Assembly (NCBI RefSeq): GCF_036365525.1
Contig: NC_090377.1
Location: 127,253,594-127,317,593 of the forward strand
Origin: Heterodontus francisci
Lineage: Eukaryota
Reading direction: 5' to 3'
Length of the DNA stretch: 64,000 nt
A model generated the notes under the pieces. That model saw nothing but the letters and a program-made list of their open reading frames with translations, searched no databases and was not told the origin of the DNA. Made by a program: the position numbers and the translations under genes. How positions within the stretch are numbered: the first letter of the stretch is position 1; the number at the start of each line of letters is the position of its first letter. Positions 24,258 to 38,892 of this stretch are shown here, piece by piece.

Positions 24258-25176
24258 ACAAAGAACAAAGAACAGTACAGCACAGGAACAGGCCGTTCGG
24301 CCCTCCAAGCCTGCGCCGATCTTGATGCCTGCCTAAACTAAAACCTTCTGCGCTTCCGGAGACCATATCCCTCTATTCCCATCCTATTCATGTATTTGTC
24401 AAGATGCCTCTAAACGTCGCTATCGTACCTGCTTCCACCACCTCCCCCGGCTGCAAGTTCCAGGCACTCACCACCCTCTGTGTAAAGAACTTGCCTCGCA
24501 CATCCCCTCTAAACTTTGCCCCTCTCATCTTAAATATATGTCCCCTAGTAACTGACTCTTCCACCCTGGGAAAAAGCTTCTGACTATCCACTCTGTCCAT
24601 GCCGCTCATAACTTTGTAAACCTCTATCATGTCGCCCCTCCACCTCCGTCGTTCCAGTGAAAACAATCCGAGTTTATCCAACCTCTCCTCATAGCTAATG
24701 CCCTCCAGACCAGGCAACATCCTGGTAAACCTCTTCTGTACCCTCTCCAAAGCCTCCACGTCCGTCTGGTAGTGTGGCGACCAGAATTGCACGCAATATT
24801 CTAAATGCGGTCTAACTAAAGTTCTGTACAGCTGCAACATGACTTGCCAATTATTATACTCTATGCCCCGAGCAATGAAGGCAAGCATGCCGTATGCCTT
24901 CTTGACTTGACTACCTTATCCACCTGCGTTGCCACTTTCAGTGACCTGTGGACCTGTACGCCCAGATCTCTCTGCCTGTCAACACTCCTAAGGGTTCTGC
25001 CATTTACTGTATCCTTCCCACCTGCATTAGACCTTCCAAAATGCATTACCTCACATTTGTCCGGATTAAAGTCCATCTGCCATTTCTCCGCCCAAGTCTC
25101 CAACCGATCTATATCCTGCTGTATCCTCTGACAATCCTCAACACTATCCGCAACTCCACCAACCTTTGTGTCGTCC
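24258..25176 (-). mobile_element. 5'-truncated CR1, relatively young
   Basis: Open 166-aa C-terminus (LVRPHLEYCVQFWSP) and a (TTCTTTG)-type tail. Confidence 0.9.
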
Positions 25177-25315
25177 GTTACAGAGAGGATTTGGCCATAA
25201 TCGTGAGAGGGGTTGCCTGGTAGGAAAGAGACCCAAAGTTTCCTTATGAGACATAGAGGGGACTCCTACCCCACAAGGAAACATGAACTATAACTTTTAA
25301 AATAGTTGCTTGGTA

Positions 25316-25640
25316 GTACAAAACTTGAGTATTACTGAAAAAAGAGACATGCTTTTCGTCTTGCAGTTATCAGGACAGATGCAAGAATCCCAAATTTCAA
25401 AGGCAGCAACAATTTATATTGCATGAGCAAAGGGTGCTGATTGGTTGGCAAGTCCACTCTGATTGATTGAGGTGTTGCCATGGCGAATGCACCAGGGAAC
25501 TATTGTCTCCCATGCTTTGTTTAATTCATAAAAATGGGGCAACGCCTGGACATGGTCCTTTTGCCTGCAAAGGACAGGTCCCTGCATATGAATATATGTA
25601 GCTTCTAGAAAGAGTGAGATTTGGCATGACTTTTAAATTT
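25316..25640 (-). mobile_element. Probable Penelope 3' fragment of a second family
   Basis: Degenerate hammerhead-like core CTGATAA-CTGCAAGAC-GAAA on the minus strand at about 25351-25373. Confidence 0.4.
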
Positions 25641-26074
25641 ACCTTCTGAACCTCTTCTGGTACAGGATGGAGCTCCCGGCACATTTTGCCTGATGGGGGA
25701 GCCTGCACCCTTTCCCCAAACTCAGGACTCAGGTTGAAATTGCAGATCAGATCCTGATGACATCATTAGACCTGATTTGCATATTTAAAACAGGATCTCA
25801 CTTCTTTCTGCAGGTTAATATGGGCTCAGAGCAGGAAGAAAGCAGGATCAGAGGAGTTAAGCAACTAATATTTTAACTGACACCCACACTCCATCCCCCC
25901 ATCCCACACTGCTCAGTTTCCACCAGACAGGGAAAGTTAAAATTGGGGCCGAAGTATGTGCCCTTCTTTTTTAAATATATTTGATGTGTGGATGAACTTG
26001 AAATATTTCTTTATATGATTAGCTCTCCCATGACATTGCTCATGCTGAGTTGGCAGATATGTTTTTAATTAAGG

Positions 26075-26460
26075 GATAACGTGGCCTCGTGGTAATGTCA
26101 CTGAACCAGAAGCCCAGGCTCATGCCGCTGGGGATATAGGTTCACATTCCACCTGGGCAGCTGATGGAATTTAAAATTCAATTAATTAATAAAAATCTGG
26201 ATTGAAAGCTAGTCTCAGTAATGGTGCCATGAAATTGTCATCAATTGTTGTAAAAAAAAACCTCATTTGGTTCACTAATGTCCTTTAGAAAAAGAAATCT
26301 GCTGTCCTTACCTGCTCTGGCCTACATGTGACTCCAGACCCACAGCAATGTGGTTGACTCTTAATTGCCCTCTGAAAAGGCCAAGCAAGCCATTCAGGGC
26401 AATTCGGGATGGGCAACAAATGCTGGCCTTGCCAGCAACGTCTGCATCCCATTAAAGAAT
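26075..26460 (+). mobile_element. tRNA-like SINE with LINE family B tail
   Basis: A-box-like GTGGCCTCGTGG and B-box-like GGTTCACATTCC. The 3' end GGGCAATTCGGGATGGGCAACAAATGCTGGCC matches the tail at 37889-37920. Confidence 0.75.
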
Positions 26461-26689
26461 ATAACAACATTAACAGCAGTGATAGTGTACCAGATAACAC
26501 AATGCATTATCAGGACCACTGAGTTTCAGTGGCTGAATATGTCTAATTTTGTAGTATTGGAGTTTTCCTACTGTTTTGGGGATCAACAGCAATCTGTCCA
26601 TTATTTCATAATATCAAACTGGGGCACATAGCACTGAGGGGTAGCATTAGAAAACTTGCCGACTAGGCAGTTAGGTGAGCAAGTTAGTG

Positions 26690-27500
26690 TCAAATGAACA
26701 TTGACATCGATCAATGAGAGGTGATGTACTTTGGTAGGAGAAGCAGAAACATCACCTATACCTTAGAAAATAAGAAATTGATCAAGGTAGAAGAGCAAAG
26801 GGATTTAGGGTTAGAGGTGAACAAATCATGATAACCTGCACTGGTCAGCAAAGCAATCAAAAATGCTAACAAAGCACTGAGGCTTATTTCTTGGAGTATA
26901 GAATTCAAATGTAGCAAAATTATGTTAAACTTATACACCACCCTGGTTAGATCACACTCAGAATACTGCTCACAGTGTTGGTCTCCATATTCTAGAAAGG
27001 AGACAGAAGCACTGGAAAAGAGCAATGTACAAGAACGTTTCCAAAATTGAGTTATTACAGTTATCGGAAAGATTGAACAGGTTGGGGCTTTGTCCTTCAG
27101 AAAAGAGAAGAATCAGAGGCAACTTGATGAGGTCTTTAAAACTGTGAATGGGTTGGACAGGGTCGATGGGGAGCAATTGTTTCCATTTGTGAGTGAATCC
27201 AAAACTAGAGGCTGTAAATACAAGATAGTTACAGTAGTTACTGATAAATCCACTCGGAAAATAAGGAGACATTTCTTTACTCAGTGTTTAGAATGTGGAA
27301 CTCACTACCACAGGAAATGGTTGAGGGAAATAGCTTAGATGTTTTTAAAATGAAACTGGACAATTACATGAGGGGAAAGAGAATAGAAAGATATGCTGAA
27401 AGGGTGAGATGAAGTAGATGAAATGGGAGAAGACTCATGTATGAATGCCAGCACAGACTAGTTGGGCCAAATGACTGTTTCTATGCAGCATATTCTATAT
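26690..27500 (+). mobile_element. Old CR1 3' fragment
   Basis: Degenerate LYTTLVRSHSEYCSQCWSP and GLDRVDGEQLFP. Confidence 0.75.
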
Positions 27501-28564
27501 ATTCCATGAAAACTACAAATGAGTGATATGTTACTGTACATTATTTTTCCCTCCAAGTATGTTCGAAGCCCTGGATATATAGGGTCTGATACATACGGTG
27601 ACAGAGAAACTAATATTGGCCCTACTGTCTTTAAACACTGCTATTAAAATAGATAGTGTTGCAGTACAAAAACTGGCTTCATCTTCCAGCTTTGTCCATC
27701 TAAATTGAACTTTAAATCTTATAAGAAATGGGTGGGAGGTAGGTATTTTGCTCTGTAGCCTTCCAGCTGATCAAAATCACTTAATCAAACTAATATGAAT
27801 TAAAAGCACTGATATCAGCATTTGTTTTCTTTGCTCTTTAGTTATTATGTAACACCTGGTCACTAACTTATTTCCCTTTAAACACTAAAGATATTTTTGT
27901 TAATGCTCCAGGCCATAACAATAGTGTTGCTGGTAATAATATTAAGATCAGGAACTGAAATTCCTGGAAACTATTTTATGAGTGAAGAGCTTATGTCTAT
28001 AATTTATCTATTGCAATAACTGACAACAGTGAAACAAATAAAAATAATGCATGGATGCATTTGGATGTCTCTAGGAATTTCTTTGTACGATGCAATGCTA
28101 GTTGTACCTATCTGTAACATAAATCAGTGAGGTTTGAATAGTGTATAAGTTAATAATAGTCATTATAAATTCAAAGAATTTGTCTGATACTAATCTGTGT
28201 TTGATAGACTGGCAAAGGTCAAGTACACACTCTATCAGGCTGACATTTGCTAAGGGCTGCAATCAACTTCCTGTTTGTTTTAGCTGGTATCAGTGGTTAG
28301 TAAAAGGAGCCTTTCATTACAGAATAAACAAACTCAGGTATCAGGAAGACAAATGTTAATAAACTGCCTTAAAATGCAGAATATGCAATATGCTCGCCAC
28401 TGCCGTTGCTTATGGTTAACCACAAGACTACACAGCACTCATTAAACTGACACAGACAATGAGCTTCAGTGCAATCTAAAAACCTATTGTATGATTTGGT
28501 GCTTCAGTCTATATGTCAAAAGACTACATAAGCTATAAAAAAAAGATAAACGGAATCTATAGTT

Positions 28565-28855
28565 TCGGTTCTGCCAGGGCCACTCAGCACCAGACCTCAT
28601 TACAGCCTTGGTCCAAACATGGACAAAAGAGCTGAATTCAGGAGGTGAGAGTGACTGCCTTTGACATCAAGGCAGCATTTGACTGAGCAGCCCTAGCAAA
28701 ATTGAAGTCAATGGCAATTGGGGGAAAACTCTCTGCTGGTTGGAATGCCTAGCACAAAGGAAAATGGCTGTAGTTGTTGAAGGCCAATCATTGCCGTCCC
28801 AAGACATTGCTGCAGGAGTTCCTCAGGGTAGTGTTCCAAGCCCAATCATCTTCTG
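28565..28855 (+). mobile_element. LINE family B RT fragment
   Basis: Colinear with 36715-37010. Confidence 0.75.
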
Positions 28856-28996
28856 CTACCCAGTTCTGATGAAAGATGATAGAGCTGAAACATTAACTCT
28901 TTTTCTCTGACCACAGATGCTGCCAGATTTGCTGAGTATTTCCAGCATTTTCTGTTTTTATTTCAGATTTCCAGTATCCACAGTATTTTGCTTTTG
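28856..28996 (+). mobile_element. Penelope-terminus-derived short element
   Basis: AGTTCTGATGA..GAAACATTAACT, then CCACAGATGCTGCCAGA..CAGTATTTTGCTTTT. Confidence 0.75.
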
Positions 28997-29863
28997 AAAA
29001 AGATCTTTTTGCTGCTGTATACCAACTGCACATTGAAGGACTGGAAGCCCTTATGGTTGATGGTTCCTCCTGGGTAATATGGAGGTGCCTTAATTGTCAT
29101 ATTTGTGCAGTTGATGATACCCTGCACCTGTGGTCGGCCACAGCCACAAACCCAATGACTGGCATTAGCAGTGGCAAAGTTGATATAATTGCCTTTCCTG
29201 GCAAACAAGCCATCCCCTGCTTAATGCATTTGTAAGCTGCTGACTGCAAGATCCTGAAAATGTCTCCAGGAGAGCCCAATAAGGATCCAGACTCAAAGAA
29301 ATTGAGGGTGGTGGTGACTTTGACAGCCACTGGTAAACCGTGGCCACAAGTGTCAAACAGATCCAAGCCAAATGGTGAAGAATGAAGCTCGACACAGATC
29401 TGTTTCTTGATAGTCGATTTATTCACAGAATGCAGCATTACATATCTCTGCCCACTGCCTTTCTGCCCCGTTTCCCAGAAGGCTCTCTTTATATCAACTG
29501 TAAGTCCTTAATTAAACAATACCCTTCACCTTTATATCTTCAACAACATAATTAACCTACCATTAACAGATTTCCTTTTCTTTTAAAACAAAAAAATTAT
29601 AACATACTTAAATAATTACAATGCAATCAAAGAAAAAAGAGAAAAATTGGTTTTCCATATTTCTTATAACTCATCATAATACAAGGTATCCCTCTTCTAG
29701 GACTTCCAACAATTTCTTGGAGCAAGCATTCCTCTTTGGAAAACAGTCTGATAATTGGTGACTTGCGTCAGCCCATTTTATCTTAGCGATCTCTTTTCTC
29801 TCCAACATTTCCTTTATACTAGCAAGGCCAATCCATAACCTTTTTTCAGTGACACTCTTTGTC

Positions 29864-31280
29864 GAATGATCATCTTCAAATCCTCACTGGATACAGGCAA
29901 GGTGCCAGAGGATTGGAAGTCTACAAAAGATATACCATTGTTTAAAAAGGGTGCGAGGGATAGGCCAAATAATTATAGGCCAGTCAGTCTGACCTCGGTG
30001 GTGGGTAAATTATTAGAATCAATTCTGAGAGACAGGATAAACTGCCACTTAGAAAGGCATGGATTAATCAGGGACAGTCAGCGTGGATTTGTTAAGGGAA
30101 GGTCATGTCTTACTAACTTGATTGAGTTTTTTGAGGAAGTAACAAGGAAGATTGATGAGGGTAGTGCAATGAATGTGGTCTACATGAATTTTAGTAAGGC
30201 ATTTGACAAGGTCCCGCATGGCAGACTAGTCAGTAAACTGAAAGCCCATGGGATACAGGGGAATGTGGCAGGTTGGATCCAAAATTGGTTCAGTGAGAAG
30301 AAACAAAGGGTAGTAGTCGACAAATGTGTCTGCGAATGGAAAGTGGTTTCCAGTGGCATTCCACAGGGCTCAGTGTTGGGTCCCTTGCTGTTTGTGGTAT
30401 ATATTAATGATTTGGACTTAAATGTGGAAAGCATGATTGGAAAATTTGCTGATGACACAAAAATTGTCCATGTAGTAGATAGCGAAGAGGATAGCTGTAG
30501 ACTCCAGAATGATATTGGGGAAGCCAAACAAAGCGAGGGACTACACAATAAACAGGAGGATAGCGAGAGGGCTAGAAGTGAGAGACCTTGGAGTGCATGT
30601 CCACAGGTCCCTGAAGGAGGCGGGACAGGCAGATAGAGTGGTGAAGACGGTATATGGAATGCTTTCCTTTATTGGCGAGGTATAGAATACAAAAGCAGGG
30701 ATGTAATGCTGAAACTGTATAAAACGCTGGTTAGGCTGCAGCTGGAGTATTGCATACAGTTCTGGTCACATTACAAGAAGGACATAATTGCTCTGGAGAG
30801 ACTACAGAGGAGATTTACAAAAATGTTGCCAGGGCTTGAAAGTTGCAGCTATGAGGAAAGATTGGATAGGCTGGGGTTGTTTTCCTTAGAACAGAGGAAA
30901 CTGAGGGGTGACTTAATTGAGGTGTACAAAATTATGAGGGGCCTAGATAGAGTAGACAGGAAGGACCTGTTTCCCCTAGCGGAGAGGTCAATTACCATGG
31001 GGCACGGATTTAAGGTGATTGGTAGAAGGATTAGAGGGGACATGTGGGAAAACTTTTTCATTCAGAGGGTGGTGGGTGTCTGGAATTCACAGCCAGGAAT
31101 GACGGTGGAGGCAAAAATGCTCAACTCATTTCAAAGGTACCTGGACATGCACCTGAAGTGCTGTAACCTTCGAGGCTATGGACCAGGTGCTGGAAGGTGG
31201 GATTATATTGGGCAGCTAGTTTTTTTTTCAGCTGGCACAGACACGATGGGCTGAATGGCCTCCTTCTGTACTGTAATTTT
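29864..31280 (+). mobile_element. 5'-truncated CR1 nested in the Copia element
   Basis: NYRPVSLTSVVGKLLE, FSKAFDKVPH, GIPQGSVLGP, KFADDTK and a (CTATGGTT) tail. Confidence 0.92.
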
Positions 31281-33307
31281 TCTACGGTTCTATGGTTCTA
31301 ATATTATCTCAGAGAGAACAGTTAGCCACATAGCATTCAATGGGCAAACTTTTCTCAGAATGCCCCTTGTACAGGATTTCCTTCAAAATGTTAGATAAGT
31401 AAAATCCCATATCTATCGCTTCTATTAGTGCCAGTGTTTCTGCAGCTGGGGTATTTATAACTACCATTTTTAGTTTCTTGGCTTCCCAGACCAAGGGACA
31501 ACACTTTCCATTTTTCCCCACCAAGAATATGATAAACCCAGCTGTACTCAAATATCCATCTGGAAGAAGCATCACTAAAAAAGGACTAATTTCATGTCTT
31601 TCAAATCACCCAGGGATGGAAACTTGAGTACACATTTCTCCAAATTTAATTTCTTTAATGTTTTATTTGCTCTCAATACCTCCTCAATTGTAGTGTGTTT
31701 CATCAAAGTACTAAGTTCCAATACATCATAACTAGCATCAGGTCTTGTCTGAGTACAGAACTAGTGTAACTGCCCAATCGCGCTTCTTAACTGCTCTGTT
31801 TCTTCTTTAGATGTAAGATCATGTTTCTGTGACAACCTGGCCCAATTTATCAGGAAAAGACTAACACTTTCTAGATATGATTGTTGATTCAAGGTTAATA
31901 TGATTAATGTCTAACCCTATGTATTTAAAGGCCCCGAAGCCTGAATTCCAATCTTAAATTTCCCTTTTAACTTCTCTATAACCGATTGTTCAAATTCCGC
32001 AGAACCTTTCCATAGAAAATCATCGATATGCATTATAAAAATGGCTGCGAGTTTCCCTTTGCGATGCCAGTAGAACATTGCTGGATCTGCTTTCAACTGA
32101 ATACAGCCTACTTTCAGCAAGGCAAACCTAAACGAGAAATACCAAACTCTTGATACACTGTTCAATCCATAAACACATTTGTTTAATTTCCACAGCTTCC
32201 TTTCTACATCACTCACTTCTTTAGATGGTTTCAAAAACACTTCTCTGAAATTTTTCACCCTGCAAAAATGTGGCTTTTATATCGATTGGCCTACATGCTA
32301 AAAGAGCTAAAAAAAAATTCAAGATCACTTTTCCTGCCATGGGGGAGTCCACTCTAACATCTTGATCGCTAAGTCTCTCTTTGAAACCCCAAGCCACTAA
32401 TCTCACTTTAGCCTTATATGTCCCATCTGGGAGTACTTTTTCCATACATATCCATCTGTGATAAGGCTGGCTGTCCCCTATCTTGCACTTCAGAATAGAA
32501 ACCAAATTCCTTCCACCTTTCCAACTCTCTGCTTTGCCTCTCTTATTAAGTTTTCTTCAAATTTGTTTGTAGCCACTATAACTTCATCATAAGGGCTTCT
32601 ATTTCTCGTAGTGTTTCTAGATTGTTCTGTAGTCCTTGTTCTATTACATAGTCTAGTCAGGTTATGACCTCCACTTGCCCTTTTACCTCTTTCTGGACTA
32701 CTGCTACAGGATCTCTCCCTTCCATGATCAGAGGTTCTGTCGCCAGTACCTGATCATTTCCTAGTGTCAGAGTCACTTTCAGACCCATTATGGGGACTTG
32801 CACTGCGTTTTCTTGCTTCCCACCATTTCACCTAATTTTGCTAGTCCATAGGTCTTACCTCATCTTGGATGTTTAGCCAATGTTTGAATTTGCCGGTGGC
32901 TTTCCCTGCTCTCCCTACAATGGTCACATCCCTCCAGTCAGTGAACCCTTCTTGTATGTACGTTCCCTAGTACCGACTTTAGGCAGTTGTTCTTTGGGTA
33001 AAACAGTCCTATCCAGTGCACTGGTATCCCTTTGTCTATCATCATCCAGCCCCTTTTCTACTGTTTTCTGTTCCTCATAGCTGCCAAATATATGAGTATG
33101 TGAGGTACAGGGTGCTTCAACATCTTCTACTAATTGTTCAGATTCTGCAAGTTCATAATCAATCCCGATTAACCTAAAGGAATGAACCCTAATAGTTTGA
33201 CTACCATGTTGGAGAATCATTGTCTTCCCATTACACCCTCGCACTTTACCCGGACCTTTCCACTTTTTCAGATCCTTTCTTTTATAGTATACTAAATCCC
33301 CAGGATT

Positions 33308-33802
33308 CGGTGGATCAGACATGTCCGCAGGATGGAAGATGGTCGCATACCCAAGGACCAGTATGGTGAGGTTGCCAGGGCTAGATGACCAGTGAGGCGC
33401 CCAAAGCTCTGTTTCATGGATGGTTGTAAGTGTGACATGAGGGCCTTAAATGTTGACTATCGCACCTGGGATCACTAGCTGGTGAAAGAGGGAAATGGTA
33501 GCACATCCCGTGGACTGGTGTGCACTACCATGATGACCAGTTGCTGCAAAATTAGATTAGATTAGATTAGAGATACAGCACTGAAACAGGTCCTTCGGCC
33601 CACCGCTTGGCAACAGCTGCCAATGTCAAAAGCAACAACTCACATTGTCACTTGGCAGTTTCATGTTCATCACTGTGGCAGAACCTGCCTCTCAAGGATT
33701 GGTCTTCACAGCCATCAGTAAAGGTGCACCAAGAGAAGACATCCCACCTGATTGGATTGTTTGCTGCGTGTCCATCATCTTTCGTAAATGGAAGGATGCC
33801 AA
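33308..33802 (+). mobile_element. RTE 3' fragment nested in Copia pol, itself carrying a SINE tail fragment (about 33550-33605)
   Basis: HVRRMEDGRIPKD..CGRTCLSRIGLHSH. 16-bp TSD CTAAATCCCCAGGATT / CCAAGTCCCCAGGATT. Confidence 0.8.
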
Positions 33803-34664
33803 CCAAGTCCCCAGGATTGAAGTTTATCTCTGATGGTTTTATGCAATGTCATAAGGCTCAACGAATTTTCTCTGAGACTTCTGCCTCGATGAATGTCCTT
33901 CTCCCTGCATGTAGGACACTCAAGTGCGCAGAGACGGTGGAACTAACTGTAGTGCCTTCTAAGGCTGGGGAATAATTACACAGTGCAGAAGCTATTTTGG
34001 GATTCCTCCCAAAGATCAACTGATACAGACTCTAGCCCCAACCATATGAAGCAAATTCTTTGCATGGACTGCCCATGCCAGGGCAGATGTTAGCTTGCAA
34101 TTTGGTTGGTTGACTAAGATCTTATAGAGCATTTGATCAATCACCGCATGATTTCTTTCATAGAGTCCATTACTGAAAGGACTTTCAGCTGCAGCGTTCA
34201 TCACTACAATGTCCATAATTTTGCACATGTCTCTGAACTCATCATTGGCAAATTCACCCCCCACCCCATTGTCAGTCAGGAATTTAGCCGGTGCTCCCAG
34301 TCCAGTCCCGATCCATCTTACCATGATTTTACCGACAATCACTCTTTTGTCTTTACCATGTATTACTGGAGATAGACTGAATCTTGTTACCGTGTCTATG
34401 AAATGCAAAAATGAAAACGTTTTTGTCCTTATCCCGCACATTTAAATCCATAGCTACTACTTCATTAAAGTCTCGTGCTAATGGTAGACTTACAATAGGC
34501 CATGATGGTGTCCTCCGATACTTTTTGCATGTATCACATTTTTCACTAATCTCTTCAATAAGCTTTGTGTACTTGCCATCAACCACCCCCGCATCCTTTA
34601 GTAAGATTTTTAATCTGTGACAAGAGGGATGAGCAAACTGTTGATGTAACTTTAAGACAATTTG

Positions 34665-35908
34665 CTTAGTTCTGTCAGTTACAATGGAGCAGCATCAGAT
34701 GCATCCAAGATCAGTAGCGGGGCAATGCAGGACTGCATCCTGGCGCCAACTCTCTTTGGCATCTTATTCTCCATGCTTCAATTGTACACTTTCGGTGACT
34801 CAAATGGGGGTGTCCACCTGCATACCAGAGCTGACAGCAAGCTGTTCAACTTGGCAAGACTGCACACCAAGACCAAAGTGTGTAAAGTCCTAGTTAGTGA
34901 GTTGCTGTTTGCTGATGACGCTGCGCTGACATCCCATAATGAAGTTCACTTGCAGCAGCTTGTAGATCAGTTATCCTGGGCTGGCAAGGATTTGGACTGA
35001 CAATCAGCATCAGGAAGACCAAAGCTATGGGCCAGGACATCGAGACTACACCTTCCATCAACATCAACAACCTCACTTTGGAGGTCATTGATAATTTCAC
35101 ATACCTTGGATCAAGAATCACCAGCAATCTGTCCTTGATGCTGAAATCAGCACCAGGATTGCCAAGGCTGCAGCTGTCATGTCAAAGTTGAAAAGATGAG
35201 TGCGGAGCAACAGCAAACTAACCGAAAATACAAAACTTCACGTATAGCAGGCTTGTGTTTTCAGCACCCTCCTGTATAGTAGAGAAGCATGGACAACTTT
35301 CGCAAGGCAAGAAAAATGGTTGAACAGCTTCCACCTCCACTGCCTCAGGCAGATATTGGCCATCTCCTGGCAGGATATTGTCGAATACAGAAGTACACCA
35401 GCATGCAGGGATCTCCAGCATGTTTGCCCTCTTACCCTCTTGAGTCAGTGGGTACTCCATTGGCTGGGTCATGTGTACCGAATAGATGACGGCGCATTCC
35501 CAAAGACATGCTCTGTCGTGAGCTTGCTATTGGCATGAGACAAACAAGTCACCCACATCTGCAATGCAAGGATGTCTGCTAGCAAGACCTCAAGTTGACT
35601 GGGATCAGTATTGATGCATGGGAAGTCCTTGCTGCTGACCGGAATTCCTGGAGAATGGCAGTCAGGAAGGGTGCAGAAAAAGCATTGGTGAAAAGAACAC
35701 AACCAAATGGCGGAAAAGAGAGCCCGACGAAAGGAAAAAACATCAGTCGATCTGGGGTCTACCATGTTTATCTGTGCCGGCTGTGGAAGGGATGGCCTCT
35801 CATGAGTCGGCCTCTACAGCCACAACAGGCAATGGTGAACGCAGAAGTGATATACACCCCAGCGCCGTCCATCATGGTATGTGGTGCGACGACTACTACT
35901 ACTACTAC
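34665..35908 (+). mobile_element. RTE LINE fragment nested in the Copia element
   Basis: QDCILAPTLFGI, LFNLARL, ELLFADDAAL, WLGHVYRIDDG and an (ACT)n tail. Confidence 0.88.
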
Positions 35909-36412
35909 CTGATGCCACTAACTCTTCTTTAACATTCTTATTAGAGATTCTATGTATTGTTAACGGGATGCAATGATGTTCTAATTGGGAAAATTGCAAA
36001 TCTACTGACTTTCCAAAGACAATTTCTTTCTCATGTTCCATGTCCAATTTCATTTGTGCCTTTTTCATGGAAGGTTTGCTGAGCAGCAAGGGTATCTCAC
36101 TAGATACCACATCTGTAATAATAAAGTGGTTTACTCCAGCTATTCTGCATGGAATCACCACCCTTTTCAGTGATCTTAATGTGCTGTCATCCCTGACATT
36201 GAAACAAGTAGAACTTTCATATTCCTTGACCTTACTTCAATCCTTACTACTGAGTGAATCTAAATAGCATTTCAACCAATCCATTCCACATACTGTGGAT
36301 GTGCAACCACTGTCCAACATGGTGCAATTAAATGAATCCATGACTAGTACACTCATTACCAGACTGAAGTTTCTTGTGACCAGTACAATTCCCTCAGACT
36401 AATCAACATTTT

Positions 36413-37960
36413 TCACTGGATACTGCAAAGGCTATGGGCCCTGACAATATTCCAGCAATAGTACTGAAGACCTGTGCTCCAGAACTTACCTCGCCCCTAG
36501 CCAAGCTGTTCCAGTACAGCTACAACACTGGTATCTACCCAGCAATGTGGAAAATTGCCTAGGTATGTCCTGAACACAAAAAGCAGGACAAGTCCAACCC
36601 ACCCAATTTCTGCCCATCAGTCCACACTCAATCATGAGTAAAGTGATGGAAGGTGTCGTCGACAGTGCTATCAAGCAACACTTGCTCAGCAATAACCTGT
36701 TCAATGCGGCTCAGTTTGGGTTCTGCCAGGGCCACTCAGCTCCTGACCTCATTACAACCTTGGTTCAAACATAGACAAAAGAGCTGAACTCAAGAGGTGG
36801 TGTGAGAGTGACTGCCCTTGACATCAAGGCAGCAATTGACTGAGTATGGCATTAAGGAGCCCTAGCAAAACTGGAGTCAATGGGAATCAACGGGTTGGAG
36901 TCGTACCTAGCACAAAGGAAGATGGTTCTGGTGTTGCAGGTCAATCATCTCAGCTCCAGGACATCACTGCAGGAGTTCATCAGGGTCGTGTCCTAGGCCC
37001 AACTATCTTCAGCTGCTTCAATAATGACCTTCCTTCAATCATAAGGTCAGAAGTGGGTATGTTCACTGATGATTGCACAATGTTTGGCACCATTTGCGAC
37101 TCCTCAGATAATGAAGCAGGCTGTGTAGAAATGCAGAAAGACCTGGACAATATCCAGGCTTGGGCTGATAAGTGGCAAGTAATATTTGCGGCACACAAGT
37201 GCTAGGCAATGACCATCTCCAACAAGAGAGAATCGAACCATCTCCCCTTGACATTTAATGACTTTACGATCTCTGAATCCCCCACTATCAACATCCTGGG
37301 GGTTAACATTGACCAGAAACTGAACTGAAGTAGCCATATAAATACCGTGGCTACAAGAACAGGTCAGAGGCTAGGAATCCTGAGGCGAGTAACTCATCTT
37401 CTGACTCCCCAAAGCCTGTCCACCATCTACAAGGCACAAGTTAGGAGTGTAATGGAATACTCTCCACTTGCCTGGTTCAGTGCAGCTCCAACAACACTCA
37501 AGATGCTCGATACCATCCAGGACAAAGCAGCCCGCTTGATTGGCACCCCATCCACAAATATTCACTCCCTCCACCACTGACACATAGTGGCAGCAGTGTG
37601 TACCATCTACAAGATGCACTGCAGCAACACACCAAGGCTCCTTAGACAGCATCTTCCAAACCCTCGACCTCTACCACCTAGAAGGACAAGGGCAGTAAAT
37701 GCACGGGAACAGCAGCACATGCAAGTTCCCCTCCAAGCCACACACCATCCTGACTTGGTACTCTATCACCGTTCCTTCACGGTCACTGGATCAAAATCCT
37801 GGAACTCCCTTCCTAACAGCACTGTGGTTGTACCTACCCCACATGGAGTGCAGCGGTTCAAAAAGGCAGCTCACCACCACCCTCTCAAGGGCAGTTAGGG
37901 ATAGGCAATAAATGCTGGCCGAGACAGCGACGCCCGCATCCCATGAATGAATAAAAAAAA
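36413..37960 (+). mobile_element. 5'-truncated LINE family B nested in the Copia element
   Basis: RT motifs QGRVLGPTIFSCFNNDLP and MFTDD, YKAQVRSVMEYS, poly(A) end. Confidence 0.9.
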
Positions 37961-38874
37961 ACTTCAGAACCTTCCATGTCATGTGTCGCTCGAAAACCCT
38001 GTTGCTCTATTTCGGACAATTTACCACATAATGATATTTCGAATCACATCTGAAATACCTGTTAACAACTCCCCGGACATTCCTGGGGTTCATTCGTCTG
38101 TTATTGTTACTCCATTTCTGTTGTCTCCATCCTCATTTCTTTTGTCTGTGATTCTTCTGTTGTATTGATGGCTGTGCCCCATATCTGAATGATCTCAAAA
38201 CCATCGAGTGCTCCATCTTCTGTGGCACTGCCGAATGTCCCATTTGCACCATGAAAGCTGCTGGAAATGAATGCTTTCCCAGGAATTTTTTAAAGCATCA
38301 GACACCTGATCCAAAAGAGTGTCTATTTCTGAGAATCTCACTCCAGTTAAGACTAGCAGCCTATCCATGTGCGAAACTTTAGCACAATCCAACAATTTGA
38401 AAGCGAGCACTGAGCAAGGCATTTCCAAATAGAATTTCTGTGATCTTTTATATAGTGTGTTAAATTCCATGATATATATGGAATAACCATCCATCTTTAT
38501 ATCAAAGTCTGACTATGCCTCACATGCATTTAATAGACTATCTTTCTTATAAATTTTATCCATAAAGCTCAATAGAAGCTACAAACTTTCCTCAGTGTCC
38601 AACTGACAGGCCTGTAGCTCACAAAATACGTTGCACCTGATCTTGCTTTTGTTTGGAAGCGACAGTGCCAAATCCATCCCTTCTTTTCTCTTCGGTAAGG
38701 ACATAACCCATGTCCACATACCTACACATTTTTCCATTCGTCATAGGGTGAAATTCAGAGAAAATCAGTGGAAAATCATACCCTGACACTTGGTTTCAGC
38801 CATTCTTCTCAAAAGTAACAGTGCAACATGCTGTCTGAAAAAAAAAACTTAGTTTCCAATCTTCACCTTCAGGC

Positions 38875-38892
38875 AACCATCTTCTGCTACCA
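38875..38892 (-). promoter_or_regulatory. Primer-binding site, tRNA-iMet
   Basis: TGGTAGCAGAAGATGGTT adjacent to the 5' LTR, one mismatch from the complement of the animal initiator-Met tRNA 3' end (TGGTAGCAGAGGATGGTT, from memory). Confidence 0.88.
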
